Below, piece after piece: positions 25,567-60,006 of a stretch of 64,000 nt of DNA; within the stretch, counting starts at the first letter, position 1, and every line of letters begins with the position of its first letter. The notes beneath the pieces were generated by a model. It had not been told where the DNA came from, did not search any database, and saw nothing but the letters and a program-made list of their open reading frames with translations. The position numbers and the translations under genes are program-made. This DNA comes from Phoronis australis. Taxonomy: Eukaryota > Animalia > Phoronida. The stretch covers positions 220,270-284,269 of the forward strand of contig NMRA01000452.1 of NCBI GenBank assembly GCA_002633005.1, in the 5' to 3' direction.

Positions 25567-28500
25567 ATGCCAAGCTTTCCAGGATTGTCCTTGAGTTCGC
25601 TGAAGAAGCACAAGGCGGTAAGTTTTAGGGTTTTGAGGATCTCATGTAAGTTACGAACTTTTTAATTCAATCATAATGCCCGTCAACAGGTCAATGTAGC
25701 CAATTTGCCACTTCTGGGTCACGTTAATTTCGGACCACTTAGAACTAAATACGGTGGCACTAAGGCTGACTAAGCCATTTCTCAATCTTTTCAGAGTGAC
25801 CATGTAATTCTCTTGGTTTATCCTTGCATCACATTTTAAAGCTGTAGTGCAGCTAGTTTATACCACAGGCGTTCTTAGCTTCTGATCGTCCCCAATACAC
25901 GACTATAAACTGGGAGTTGTCAAAATGTTGGGAGTCGTCAAAATGTTGGGAGTCGTCAAAATGTTGGAGTCGTCAAAATATTATTGTTGTATTACTATTA
26001 CTGCACAGGTTCACTAGTTATGCCTCACGGAGAGTACTTACAATGTACGGCCAATCTGTACGGCTGAAAGCCTAAATAACCAGCTTCCACCAAGGTTCAG
26101 ATTTGACAGGCCAAGTTCCCGGGTTTGCAGATGTTTTTATGATGGTACCATCCAGGAAACTATCAAATAGACCAATCACAAGACAGCACAGGATGGACGA
26201 ATGATGTTGAATGTTACAACACTAGGAGTCGTCAAAATGTTGGGAATCATCAAAATGTTGGGAGTCGTCAAAATGTCTTGGTGTTTGCTAACATATTTGG
26301 TGAAAATTTGTTTTTGGTTAATATAACCTTTAATGAAGTATAATGTAAGGTCTCACTTGATCCTTAGGCTTAGTTGCCAGACCGCCTGCGTGAGTTAGGT
26401 CGAATTGTGTGCAAATTGAAATCAAAGCTACGATCATCTTGGCTAAGCCCAGACTTACGATCTTTGGTACAACGGGCCTCAAGTGTTTGATATAATTGTC
26501 ATTTTAAGTGATATTCTGGCACTGTGACTGAAGCTATAATTGTTACTCGTCTATGTTCCAGCTGATTCCCCTTCACATGTTCACTGCTGCTGGTATGACC
26601 TGGGCGTTTTTTTACTTGGCTAGATTGTGTTATAACAGTGAAAATGCCAGGTAAAGTATGCAAACAGTAGAGATACTTGTGAATCTAAGTTAGATAGTTC
26701 AGTGTGGAAAGAGATAGACAAAGTCCATTGATTGTCAACTTCTGTCTATCATTTGCAATGTTTACTAAATCTGTATGTTTTCTGGACACGCATGTTTAGT
26801 CAATGTCGTAGTAAGTTTTCCTAGAAATAATTTTTGTGACTGCTGTCTAGGAAATACACATTGTTGCTACCCACAAAGTGGTGTTCTAGTCACGTGGACA
26901 CCGTAATAAGATTCTGTGATCATCATGGATTATACATGCTGTAGTTTTACGGATCTCAAATTAATTCTTCAAAAGTTGTGTCCTTTGTAGCCAACTAGTA
27001 TCACCTCCAATTCCTTTTTATGTTAAATTCGGAAAGTACACAATACTTGTGGTGAAGGGTTCTTTTTTAAAAGCCTGGAGCTATTCCTTTGCCCACTCGC
27101 AAAAAATTGGTAATTAAGATGAGGTCAGACATACCTACTGAACGAGATGATCAACTTCCTGCCACAAGAGTTGACAGTCACTCAAGACTCGCGCGTCGTT
27201 GATCTAGGTTAACACAGATTGAAGTAATCAGGAAATCTTCGTTGTGCTTCAACGAAATGTGGGCTGTTGATGATGTACTGTTCATATGTTCGCAGTTGTC
27301 CAATCACAGTCAGCTGTTGAGCATGTTCAGAAGTGGGGGAATTGGCCTTGATTGGGTTAGTTGATTTTAGGTCAGCAAGGAGTCGGGTGTCAAGTTGATG
27401 TGTCCGAAATGACTGTTAGGGACCAAGATAGGCAGCCAACCTTTCTGAATTCACCTCCTTGTCAACACTTGCGTCTTTGTCTAGTACTGTAGCATCTTCA
27501 TTTCACCAAGTTGTGGTCAGATGTCCACTTGCACGTTTGAATTAACAATTCCTGCCACTGTGTTTGCAGGTGGTTTAACAAGAAAGAGGGCCATGCTTGG
27601 GAACTGACTGGCATCAATCAACAAAGAAAAGTGAGATTGGTTTTCTTTAAAAAATAGTTGTTAAATCTGTTTTACAGCATCCCCGGTTTACAANAATTCG
27701 CCGAAAAGCTTCTGGCGTACAGAGCGCCTATAGCCTCTACATCGCCTCTGCTTCGGGCCAACAGAGGCGATGGTCATTGCCTACGGACCACTTAGAACTA
27801 AATACGGTGGCACTAAGGCTGACTAAGCCATTTCTCAATCTTTTCAGAGTGACCATGTAATTCTCTTGGTTTATCCTTGCATTACATTTTAAAGCTTTAG
27901 TGCAGCTAGTTTATACCACAGGCGTTCTTAGCTTCTGATCGTCCCCAATACACGACTATAAACTGGGAGTTGTCAAAATGTTGGGAGTTGTCAAAATGTT
28001 GGGAGTCGTCAAAATGTTATTGTTGTATTACTATTACTGCACAGGTTCACTAGTTATGCCTCACGGAGAGTACTTACAATGTACGGCCAATCTGTACGGC
28101 TGAAAGCCTAAACAACCAGCTTTCACCAAGGTTCAGATTTGGCAGGCCAAGTTCCCGAGTTTGCAGATGTTGTTATGATGGTACCATCCAGGAAACTATC
28201 AAATAGACCAATCACAAGACAGCACAGGATGGACGAATGATGTTGAATATTACAACATTAGGAGTCGTCAAAATGTTGGGAATCGTAAAAATGTTGGGAA
28301 TCGTCAAAATGTTGGGAATCGTCAAAATGTCTTGGTGTTTGCTAATATATTTGGTGAAAATTTGTTTTTGGTTAATATAACCTTTAATGAAGTATAATGT
28401 AAGGTCTCACTAGATCCTTAGGCTTAGTTGCCGCACCGCCTGCGTGAGTTAGGTCGAATTGCGTGCAAATTGAAATCAAAGCTACGATCATCTTGGCTAA

Positions 28501-31092
28501 GCCCAGACTTACGATCTTTGGTACAACGGGCCTCAAGTGTTTGATATAATTGTCATTTTAAGTGATATTCTGGCACTGTGTCTGAAGCTATAATTGTTAC
28601 TTGTCTATGTTCCAGTTGATTCCCCTTCACATGTTCACTGCTGCTGGTATGACCTGGGCGTTTTTTTACTTGGCTAGATTGTGTTATAACAGTGAAAATG
28701 CCAGGTAAAGTATGCAAACAGTAGAGAAACTTGTGAATCTAAGTTAGATAGTGCAGTGTGGAAAGAGATAGACAAAGTCCATTGATTGTCAACTTCTGTC
28801 TATCATTTGCAATGTTTACTCAATCTGTATGTTTTCTGGACACACATGTTTAGTCAATGTCTTAGGATGTTTTTGTGACTGCTGTCCAGGAAATACACAT
28901 TGTTGCTACCCACAAAGTGGTGTTCTAGTCACGTGGACACGGTAATAAGATTCTGTGATCATCATGGATTATACATACTGTAGTTTTACGGATCTCAAAT
29001 TAATTCTTCAAAAGTTGTGTCCTTTGTAGCCAACTAGTATCACCTCCAATTCCATTTTTATGTTAAATTCGGAAAATACACAATACTTGTGAAGGGTTCT
29101 TTTTTAAAAGCCTGGAGCTATTCCTTTGCCCACTCGCAAAAATTTGGTAATTTCCTTAAGGTGAGATCAGACATCCCTACTGAACGAGATGATCAACTTC
29201 CTGGCACGAGAGTTGACAGTTACTCAACACTCGCGCGTCGTTGATCTAGGTTAACACAGATTGAAGTAATCAGGAAATCTTCGTTGTGCTTCAGCGAAAT
29301 GTGGGCTGTTGATGTACTGTTCATGTATGTTCGCACTTGTCCAATCACAGTCAGCTGTTAAGCTAAATAACATGTTCAGAAGTGGAAGAATTGGCCTTGA
29401 TTGAGTTAGTTGATTTTAGGTCAGCAAGGAGTCGGGTGTCAAGTTGATGTGGCCGAAATGACTGTTAGGGACCAAGATAGGCAGCCAACCTTTCTGAATT
29501 CACTTCCTTGTCAACACTTGCGTCTTTGTCTAGTACTGTAGCATCTTCATTTCACCAAGTTGTGGTCAGATGTCCACTTGCACGTTTGAATTAACAATTC
29601 CTGCCACTGTGTTTGCAGGTGGTTTAACAAGAAAGAGGGCCATGCTTGGGAACTGACTGGCATCAATCAACAAAGAAAAGTGAGATTGGTTTTCTTTAAA
29701 AAATAGTTGTTAAATCTGTTTTACAGCATCCCCGGTTTACAATGTTGGTCGACTTTAAATGTTTGCTTGCTTGCAACAGTGCTTTACATGAGGCCTAAGC
29801 CCGCTTAATTGCACGAATAGTAAAAGTTTCATGCCTGTCTCCATAGCATAAAATACTTGGGCAAAACACCGTTATGAAGTACGGTTGTAGTCAGGTTTTG
29901 GCATCATGTTGGTTAGTGCACTGTACAGGCGTATATTAGAAACTAGGCCAACATGCTTATTTAAACTCTAAATGATGGACTGTTGTGGTAACATCGCAAC
30001 ACTGTGATTAGACCTTACAGCCGTTATTATGCGTTGTGTTCGCATCATTTCCAGCCAGAATTTAGCGAATCCAAAGTGAATCCGGGAATTGACCATCATG
30101 TTAACCGGTGTTATGTCCGTTTTCTTTTTGTTTGTACTGTACACGTTGTTTAATAAACTGTTCATTCTTATTTTGTCTTACTTTGAATTCGGCCATTTTT
30201 TACCCCCCTAAGCAGCGCTCAAGACGACTTTTAATGCATTAGCTGGTATTGCAAAACATGTCTTGAGATTTTTTGGAGTATACACGTGTGGCCATGTAGC
30301 AAATACAGGATAGTAAATTGGCAGGTGCGCTACAGACTAGACGGTAAATTTTGACAGTTGAGAGTATAGCAGACAAATTTTAGAAGTAAAATATCAGGAG
30401 TGTTCTCATGAAAAATTCAAATTTAAATAATTTGGGAGGATGATGAAAGTTCCCACTTATGCACTGAACCCGAAGATCTTGGCACGCACTGCACATTAAC
30501 GGAAAGTTTTAGTCATCTTCCACACTACCCAAATTATACAACTCGTGCAACCTATTTTCACGAGAATATTTGTTTGCCAACCCTTTTTCACAAGCAAAAT
30601 ATTTGGACACGAATGATCTGTCTCGTTTCGTATAAAAAATGGAGTTTTCCTCGACATTTGGTTTCTTTCGTTGTTAGTGTTGTTTCACGATGGTCCAGTT
30701 CTTATCTCCAGTTAACTTCGTTACTGTTGTCATATCTATGAAGATGTTGCCCATCATATCGAGGAGAATTTGTGCCCCAGTGGTTTGAGCTTCGCACTCC
30801 TGTTTGGGAGACCCTAGTTCAAATGCTGGCTTAATTGTCGGGCTATACAGAATTGCACAGAGATGTCTCCTACTCCTCTGAGCTCGGTCTTAGCGGATGT
30901 ATGCAAGGGAGTGAATGTGAACCTGGATATAATGCAAAACCGACGTCAGAGGAGGTGTTAAAAAATTATATCTTCTCTTTGCAGTTTTACTCACCCATTC
31001 GTGATTATTCTAAAGAGAAATTCCCCGACGAGCGCCCGGACATTTCGGAATACAGCAAGAAGCTGATGAAAGAATACGCCCAGCGTAAATAA
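25567..31092 (+). CDS. NDUFA4: Cytochrome c oxidase subunit FA4 (NDUFA4/MLRQ family), 102 aa
   Basis: Mostly missed by the ORF track. Exons 25567-25617, 26562-26650 (dup 28616-28704), 27570-27630 (dup 29619-29679), 30985-31092 give MPSFPGLSLSSLKKHKALIPLHMFTAAGMTWAFFYLARLCYNSENARWFNKKEGHAWELTGINQQRKFYSPIRDYSKEKFPDERPDISEYSKKLMKEYAQRK. Family motifs KKHxxLIPL, YLxRL, QxKFYS, DYSK, ERPD are present. Confidence 0.92.
25985..26221. mobile_element. 237-bp solo-LTR-like element inside an 18-bp tandem array (allelic copy 28021-28257)
   Basis: TGTTGTA...TACAACA termini. Flanked by (GGGAGTCGTCAAAATGTT)n. Same family as 35868-37088. Confidence 0.65.
27695..27783. mobile_element. Terminal fragment of the MULE-like element, present only in the second haplotype copy
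   Basis: Matches the TIR end at 61668-61763 (...GGCGATGGTCATTGCCTA). It is followed by CGGACCACT, which is uninterrupted at 25731. Confidence 0.85.
30772..30950 (+). mobile_element. Degenerate tRNA-derived SINE-like sequence
   Basis: A-box-like TGCCCCAGTGG and B-box-like GTTCAAATGC at tRNA-like spacing. No intact cloverleaf. Confidence 0.4.
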
Positions 31093-31595
31093 AGCGGAAC
31101 ATTTCAATCGTATGAACTACTCGTATTCACGCACATATATAATAGATCTATGTTCAATGTAGACATATCTCACATCCTGTTATGCCAGTAGATATTCTCT
31201 TGAAATACGATTGTGTTTAATGAGTGTAAAATTGGTTTTTAATTCCTAGTGTGGAGAAAGAGTACAGATTATACGGTATAAATGAGGTTTGTTTGGAATA
31301 TGTTGAGTAGTTTCGTTATATCTTTGATGTCAATGCAAAAATTAAGCTGAGCAATCGATAATCATCGTTTTTGTACATTAAGCAATATTCCCGTGTTCAG
31401 TGAGAATACTCGTTGTAAGTGAAACGCACATTTGTTGTTACGAGTCTCCATTTACAGTTGGTCTTGTCTATTGTCATAAGTTCGGTGAAAGTGCCGATCA
31501 GAGTCGCATTCAGTTTCCGCTGCCAGTGAATATGTAATGAGATTTCAAAGAGGTTGATATGTGTGGTTATGAATAAATTGTGATTTTAATTGAAA
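31093..31595 (+). promoter_or_regulatory. NDUFA4 3'UTR with two miR-210 seed matches
   Basis: ACGCACA at 31129-31135 and 31424-31430. AATAAA at 31572-31577. Confidence 0.65.
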
Positions 31596-32509
31596 AGGTA
31601 CAATTTTGTTCTTTGCCAAGACATGAATGTTAACAAAAATACTGCTATACCCACACTCCCTTACATACTCTATACAACATCTAATATTTTGACTTAACAC
31701 TCCATCATATTCAGGTTAAGATTGGGACATACTGTAAACGGCCATCAGTAATACGTGCTTTGCAACTGTGGAAGGAAACCTGCGAGTAAAAGAAACAACA
31801 CATAGAGGCAAGTGACCATGGGTCAAGTGAATTCAGTCCAAGTTCCCATGGAGACGTCGTAAATGCGCTTTGAATGAAGAGTCCCTCGAGTGTAGATAGC
31901 CAAATCTCATTTATTACTGGAAATTACGAAAAGAAGCTGTGGAGACTAAAATTACAGGTCACATGATATGACTAGTGTATTGTGTGTAGGTCACAAGATG
32001 TGACCCACACATTGTGTGTAAGAAAACTAATGATTCTTGCTTATAACATATCAATGTGCTGACTAAACACATATATACTGTGACTATTTTGAATGAAGCT
32101 GTTTTTTATACAACAAAGGTTTGAAATTTATTTGCTCCATCTAGTGTACAACCACAGAACCATTTAGCTGTCAGTCATAGTGCTGTCTGCACATAACATA
32201 ACAAATTCCGAATTCCTACTTCACAAAGTTCAGTTCAGGGATTTCAACAATTTTTCATTCCATGTGGTATCACTTCCACTCTCATAAAAATCTAAAGGTG
32301 GTTCCAGGACATAATCTCTGAACTCTACTCAGATTTGTAATTTGACCGATCATGCTGCCCAAATCGTGTACAAATGTGTATGCTTACTCAAAGTGTGACA
32401 TGCAGTTGGTTATTTTTTATTTGAGTTTTGAGTACAGAGATTCCACTCAAGGTCTGGGAGACACCTCATCATCCATGCCAGTGTCGGCCTTTGTAGTCCT
32501 GACCCCTCA

Positions 32510-35239
32510 TCATGACTTCCTTCCCTTGATCAACAAGTTGTTCGACCACCATTGTGGTCTCGGTTTTGGCATCTCCACAATATACTTTCCGCCAAACAGC
32601 GGCTTATCTTTGCCCTCTCCCTCGTACAAGTATACGACCTCTGACCTTGGAGCATCGTAGTAATAGTCGTCATGGTTTGTGTTCTCTCGCATCAACTTGG
32701 TCTCCTCCCTCACTTTTTCGTAACAGTTCCCTGTGAGATATCAATATTGTAAGAGCAGTGACTACCAACATTACCACAATATTGTAAGAGCAGTGACTAC
32801 CAACATTACCACAATATTGTAAGAGCAGTGACTACCAACATTACCACAATATTGTAAGAGCAGTGACTACCAACATTACCACAATATTGTAAGAGCAGTG
32901 ACTACCAACATTACCACAATATTGTAAGAGCAGTGACTACCAACATTACCACAATATTGTAAGAGCAGTGACTACCAACATTACCACAATATTGTAAGAG
33001 CAGTGACTACCAACATTACCACAATATTGTAAGAGCAGTGACTACCAACATTACCACAATATTGTAAGAGCAGTGACTACCAACATTACCACAATATTGT
33101 AAGAGCAGTGACTACCAACATTACCACAATATTGTAAGAGCAGTGACTACCAACATTACCACAATATTGTAAGAGCAGTGACTACCAACATTACCACAAT
33201 ATTGTAAGAGCAGTGACTACCAACATTACCACAATATTGTAAGAGCAGTGACTACCAACATTACCACAATATTGTAAGAGCAGTGACTACCAACATTACC
33301 ACAATATTGTAAGAGCAGTGACTACCAACATTACCACAATATTGTAAGAGCAGTGACTACCAACATTACCACAATATTGTAAGAGCAGTGACTACCAACA
33401 TTACCACAATATTGTAAGAGCAGTGACTACCAACATTACCACAATATTGTAAGAGCAGTGACTACCAACATTACCACAATATTGTAAGAGCAGTGACTAC
33501 CAACATTACCACAATATTGTAAGAGCAGTGACTACCAACATTACCACAATATTGTAAGAGCAGTGACTACCAACATTACCACAATATTGTAAGAGCAGTG
33601 ACTACCAACATTACCACAATATTGTAAGAGCAGTGACTACCAACATTACCACAATATTGTAAGAGCAGTGACTACCAACATTACCACAATATTGTAAGAG
33701 CAGTGACTACCAACATTACCACAATATTGTAAGAGCAGTGACTACCAACATTACCACAATATTGTAAGAGCAGTGACTACCAACATTACCACAATATTGT
33801 AAGAGCAGTGACTACCAACATTACCACAATATTGTAAGAGCAGTGACTACCAACATTACCACAATATTGTAAGAGCAGTGACTACCAACATTACCACAAT
33901 ATTGTAAGAGCAGTGACTACCAACATTACCACAATATTGTAAGAGCAGNAACATGCTTACAGGCCTGAGTTTAAAACAAAACAAACTGGTTCCATACCAC
34001 AAATTGTGTGCGCTTCATGCCAATGGCCGCACTCTAGACAAGCTATGATGTTTTTCTTTGGCAGCGCGTCTTCAAAATGCCCTTTAATTCCAAACATGCG
34101 TGTCTTTCGCTTCTCTCGAGTTCTCCGACTTTTCGGTACAGCGTAGAAGAATCCATCGCCCAAAATAGACTCGAGAACACTCTTTCCTGTGGGTTCCACT
34201 GCCTCATGCATTGCAGGATGATCAACCACCACCAGAGCTGGTGTATATCCTGAAAATAGAATTAACAATTGAGTAATGGGAAGTTACATGTCGGTGTTGT
34301 GAAGTTTTTAAATCCACCAGCTTTCGATCTCATATCGAGACCTTCGTCAGGTGGAATGGCAGATAACTGGAGCCTTGTCTGTGCCTGTGATGTGCCATAA
34401 GATGTGACTTTAGGATTCCAACAGGAATCCTTCCATTACTCATATTCTAACAAAGTCAGTGACATGAACAGCCATTCTATAATTGATAATTGTTAAACAG
34501 TTTAGCCAGAAAAATCACCATGCAGTGGTATACAGCGACATCACGCTTGCTGTAAAATGGTTATTGAATTTAGTGCCTGGTTAAGGATTGATAAACTGAT
34601 ACAGGAATGTTTCTTAAATCTCATCCTTAGCCATTTTAATTTGTAAATTTGTGATCCCGAACTGGCTTCAAATATCCAGAGCAGCAAAGTTTGATCTGAA
34701 ATTCGATTCACTACAATTAAAATACTAAACCAGACAATCACAAAATAACGGCCCCGTTATTTAGTGGATGAAACTGTTTCTCTAAATCAGGGTCCATTAT
34801 ATCGGACTAGTGGAGTAGTGCGCAAGCCACGTATATTTTAATCTGTCTGCAAACTTGTGCACTCATTGTCATCAATTTCGGTTCTGATACATCCATAAAC
34901 CACTGGCAGTAATTTGGCAACAAATGATAGCTTCTGTTTGACGCAGGCATCAGTTTGGCTCACCAACCCGAGCCAAATTGAGGTGAGCCAAATCACTTTG
35001 GCACAGGCATCAGTTTGGGCTGCAACACCAACCCAACAGGGAATTCAGCAGGATTAGATAAATCGAGAAATATTTCAAGGAAGAATCTTCAAGTTTGCAA
35101 TGATGAAACGTCACGCTGAGGTACAGAGTCTGGTTTAGGAATATTTATTATTACCATGAGGAGGTACTCGCATCATTTGAAGGATCCTCGCCTCTAGAAG
35201 AGAAAGAAACCTGTAACATTTCGTGATTGCCGCAGCCAT
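32510..35239 (-). CDS. MRPL32: Mitochondrial ribosomal protein bL32m
   Basis: Exons 35239-35155, 34249-33998, 32730-32510. Presequence-like N-terminus, AVPKSRRTREKR, zinc motif CLECGH...ICGNCYEKVREET, EVVYLYEGE and PRPQWW. Confidence 0.95.
32743..33948. repeat. Homogeneous 35-bp minisatellite, about 34 copies, ending at N 33949
   Basis: Unit AATATTGTAAGAGCAGTGACTACCAACATTACCAC with no spacers. It fills nearly all of the assembled MRPL32 intron 2. Confidence 0.97.
34313..34355 (-). ncRNA. Minimal type I hammerhead ribozyme motif (Penelope-type), probably inactive
   Basis: Minus strand TCCAC-CTGACGA-A-GGTCTC-GATAT-GAGATC-GAAA-GCT-G-GTGGA: stem I, CUGANGA core, stem II, GAAA, palindromic AGCU stem III. 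The cleavage-site base is G. Confidence 0.6.
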
Positions 35240-35553
35240 CGTGTTCTTCAACGTAGTTCAATTTTAGTCGGCAGGTAGCGCTTGCAAGTGTAGTAGTACA
35301 ACGATACTGATTGGTCAAATTCGCACCCAATTAACATTTACTTTTTGTGTTTTACTTTAACAGCTCTGTTAATTAAGGCTTTGTTTTTTCTGCTTTTATG
35401 GAAACTATTATGATTGCTTCCCCAAGCAGCACAACTCTTCAAATAAGCTAAGACAAAGCCAGTTTTTGGAAGAAAGTCGGGTGACCGTGATCTTGTTTCA
35501 ACCAATGAAACCTCCCTTAACAATCTTCTAATCAGCCTCGTCTTAGAACCAAC
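35240..35553. promoter_or_regulatory. Bidirectional promoter of MRPL32 and PSMA2
   Basis: 314 bp between divergent ATGs. CCAAT boxes in both orientations (TGATTGG about 35308, CCAAT about 35327 and 35502). Confidence 0.8.
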
Positions 35554-45821
<10,268 letters not shown>

Positions 45822-48283
45822 TAGTCACCTGAATATAGACTTTAAATATAGGAGACATGAAAATGCATCGTGATGTTGACTTTTGTTTATAAATATTTCT
45901 CATTTCATTTGTGGATGTATTGTGACCTTCAGTTCATACTGGCGGAGCTTGTAATGTGAATACATTGTATTAAATCTTTGTCCTCTTGCGTTTCTGTCAG
46001 TTCAGTAACAAAGTATATTAACATATCCACTGTGCAGCCGTTAATAACCATGGTAACGGAATGGTGAAATATGCCTCGTCGCTTGACGACTTACAGCAAC
46101 TTGCATTCCTGTAGGGCTTTAATGCAGTGGGGTATTTCTACGCATTTTTATAATTTTTTGTGACCATCATGCTGTCAAATTGTCACTGCTATGTGGTGGG
46201 ATATTGAAATGATCCACAAAAAATGCAATACCTAAAAGCTTCAGTCTCTAATTAAATCCTAGTATGTAATTACATCCCAGTCAAGTCCTGCCTTCCTCAC
46301 CAGAATTAGAAATTTGGTTAAGGGAAAGACACTTTTGTGCACAATGGTAGTCGTGTTCAGAGATTTCCTATTGGGGAAATCCAAAAACGGGCTTTGGCAT
46401 ACAACAGACATTCCATGTACAAGTCCACACGTTCGTGTTTCTGAGCAGCTTTCGGCTCCTATCAACCACATGGGCTTGCAAAGGAGACAAATTGAGTGTG
46501 TGTGGTTACCTGAGCGGATACAGTAAGTTAAATGCCATGTTAAAAGAAAACAAAGTTTCCATCCAAAATCACTTATACATTGTTTTCTGATATTTATAAA
46601 TTAAAGCTGGATAGACTTCAAACCCCTTCTCACCTGTCAGTAATTACCTGAGTAATCAACGAAATGCACCTACCAATCACCTTTATCATAAAAAAGTAAA
46701 AAGTGGACTAAAAAACTTGAAAGAATGCGCCACAATTTGTTTTTACAGATTCCCAGAATGCATTAGCTGACACCAACATTTTTACACCTTTTCCAGCAAC
46801 CTGATAGCGTTAAGAAATTCCAAGAAAATGACTGTTAATTACAAAAAAAACATGATTAAGAAACAAAACATCAACAAAGTAATGATAGTTTCATCAGTTA
46901 ACATTTGCACCTATAGTCCACTTTACACACTCGGGACATTAATTGTTAACCAAACCTTTCAGGTGCTGTTTTCATTCATAGATAACACAATATAACTGCA
47001 GGCGGTCTGATACACGTACTAGACGCGTGCAGGCCATGCATGTCAGCGCATTGCACTGATCTTCTGTTATCATTTTTAGATAACACAATAACATGAAACA
47101 ATAATATTCCAACAAGAGAACGAGTCTCCCAAATTTTACAATGAACACACTGAGTAGTGCGCTACAGTTAACAAATTTACAGTAAACAATGCAATCCAAC
47201 ATACATAACGTATCAACAACTTTCATCAGTTACAGAAGGCACATCTAAAAAGCCTCCGTCGTCTTCATGCAAAAATGTTCTAGTTAGTACCTTAGGCATC
47301 ACGACATCAAAATGAAAAAATAGCATTCTACACGATTGTGTCATACCAACCACTAAAATTCCCCATTTCCCAATTTCAAATTCTACGTCAATAACATGTT
47401 TGCAACCTTGCTTCCAGTTAGAAAGTGACTGGAATACTCTGTGGACAGAGCCAGCCCAATGACATGCAACTACAAAAACTACACTAACATGTCACGGCCC
47501 CTGTCTAATAAGTGAGAACTCTGTGACCCAACATAACCTGGCAGGTGAATGTAAGTGACCAAATCCAAGTGTCACAACCACCATATCAACAACGTAACAC
47601 TGTCTACACTTACTGGAGCTATAAACCCAAGCTCAGTTAATAGCCCACCTTCCATTATAAGACTGAATTCATTTTGAACTTTGCTCAGAAGAGAAGTGAT
47701 TTTTGACCTTGAGAAGAGAAATTTGACCTTGAGAAGTGACTTCTGACCTAGAGAAAAGATTTCTAACCTTGGGATGATCTCACATTATGTTATTGCTAGA
47801 GGCCATGATTGATGCAGAAAATAACATGCTGTGTCAAGCTAACTTATTAGCCTGAGGCCTTCTTCATGAACAGTGACTTTAATAGGACTTGTGTTAGAAA
47901 TTTAGTCTTAGGCTCCACACGACTATGAAATATACTTAATCTCATTTGAGCAACAGCACAACATCTCTGAGAATAAACACATGACTGCTAGTTACTGAGA
48001 TGTCTATATAAACTGTGATGCGCTCATTATTCCTCGACTAAATCTTTATTCAGCAATTATGACGCAGGAGTGTCAGACCAAACATCTGTCTTAAGTGTTA
48101 AGTCACGTTTCACGAAACAAAGGGTCCTAGTCTCAAGTAATAACAAAATAACAAAACTTCCCAAGTCCAGTAATCTCTTCTCAGAAAGGTACACATTGGG
48201 ACCAGATTTGAAATGGTGGATGTTCTAAATCAAATTTTACTTTTTTGAGAGAAGCCAAAATTATTGCTACAGCTTTAAATGGT

Positions 48284-60006
<11,723 letters not shown>

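Larger units (their letters stand above)
25731..29742. repeat. About 1.96-kb direct duplication across single N (27694), probable haplotype artefact
   Basis: 25731-27693 vs 27784-29742 with SNPs and small indels. It duplicates NDUFA4 exons 2-3. Confidence 0.85.

Noticed and set aside
26562-29679. Real tandem or mutually exclusive exons in NDUFA4 (likewise PSMA2, AGPS, PHF14)
   Set aside because: The copies encode the same peptide, introns are duplicated too, and each junction is a single N. This fits haplotype artefacts.
30772-30845. tRNA gene
   Set aside because: A/B-box-like motifs only, with no acceptor stem or cloverleaf. Treated as a SINE-like relic.
32743-33948. CRISPR-like appearance (35-bp repeats)
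   Set aside because: Units are head-to-tail with no spacers, there are no cas genes, and the array lies in a spliceosomal intron.
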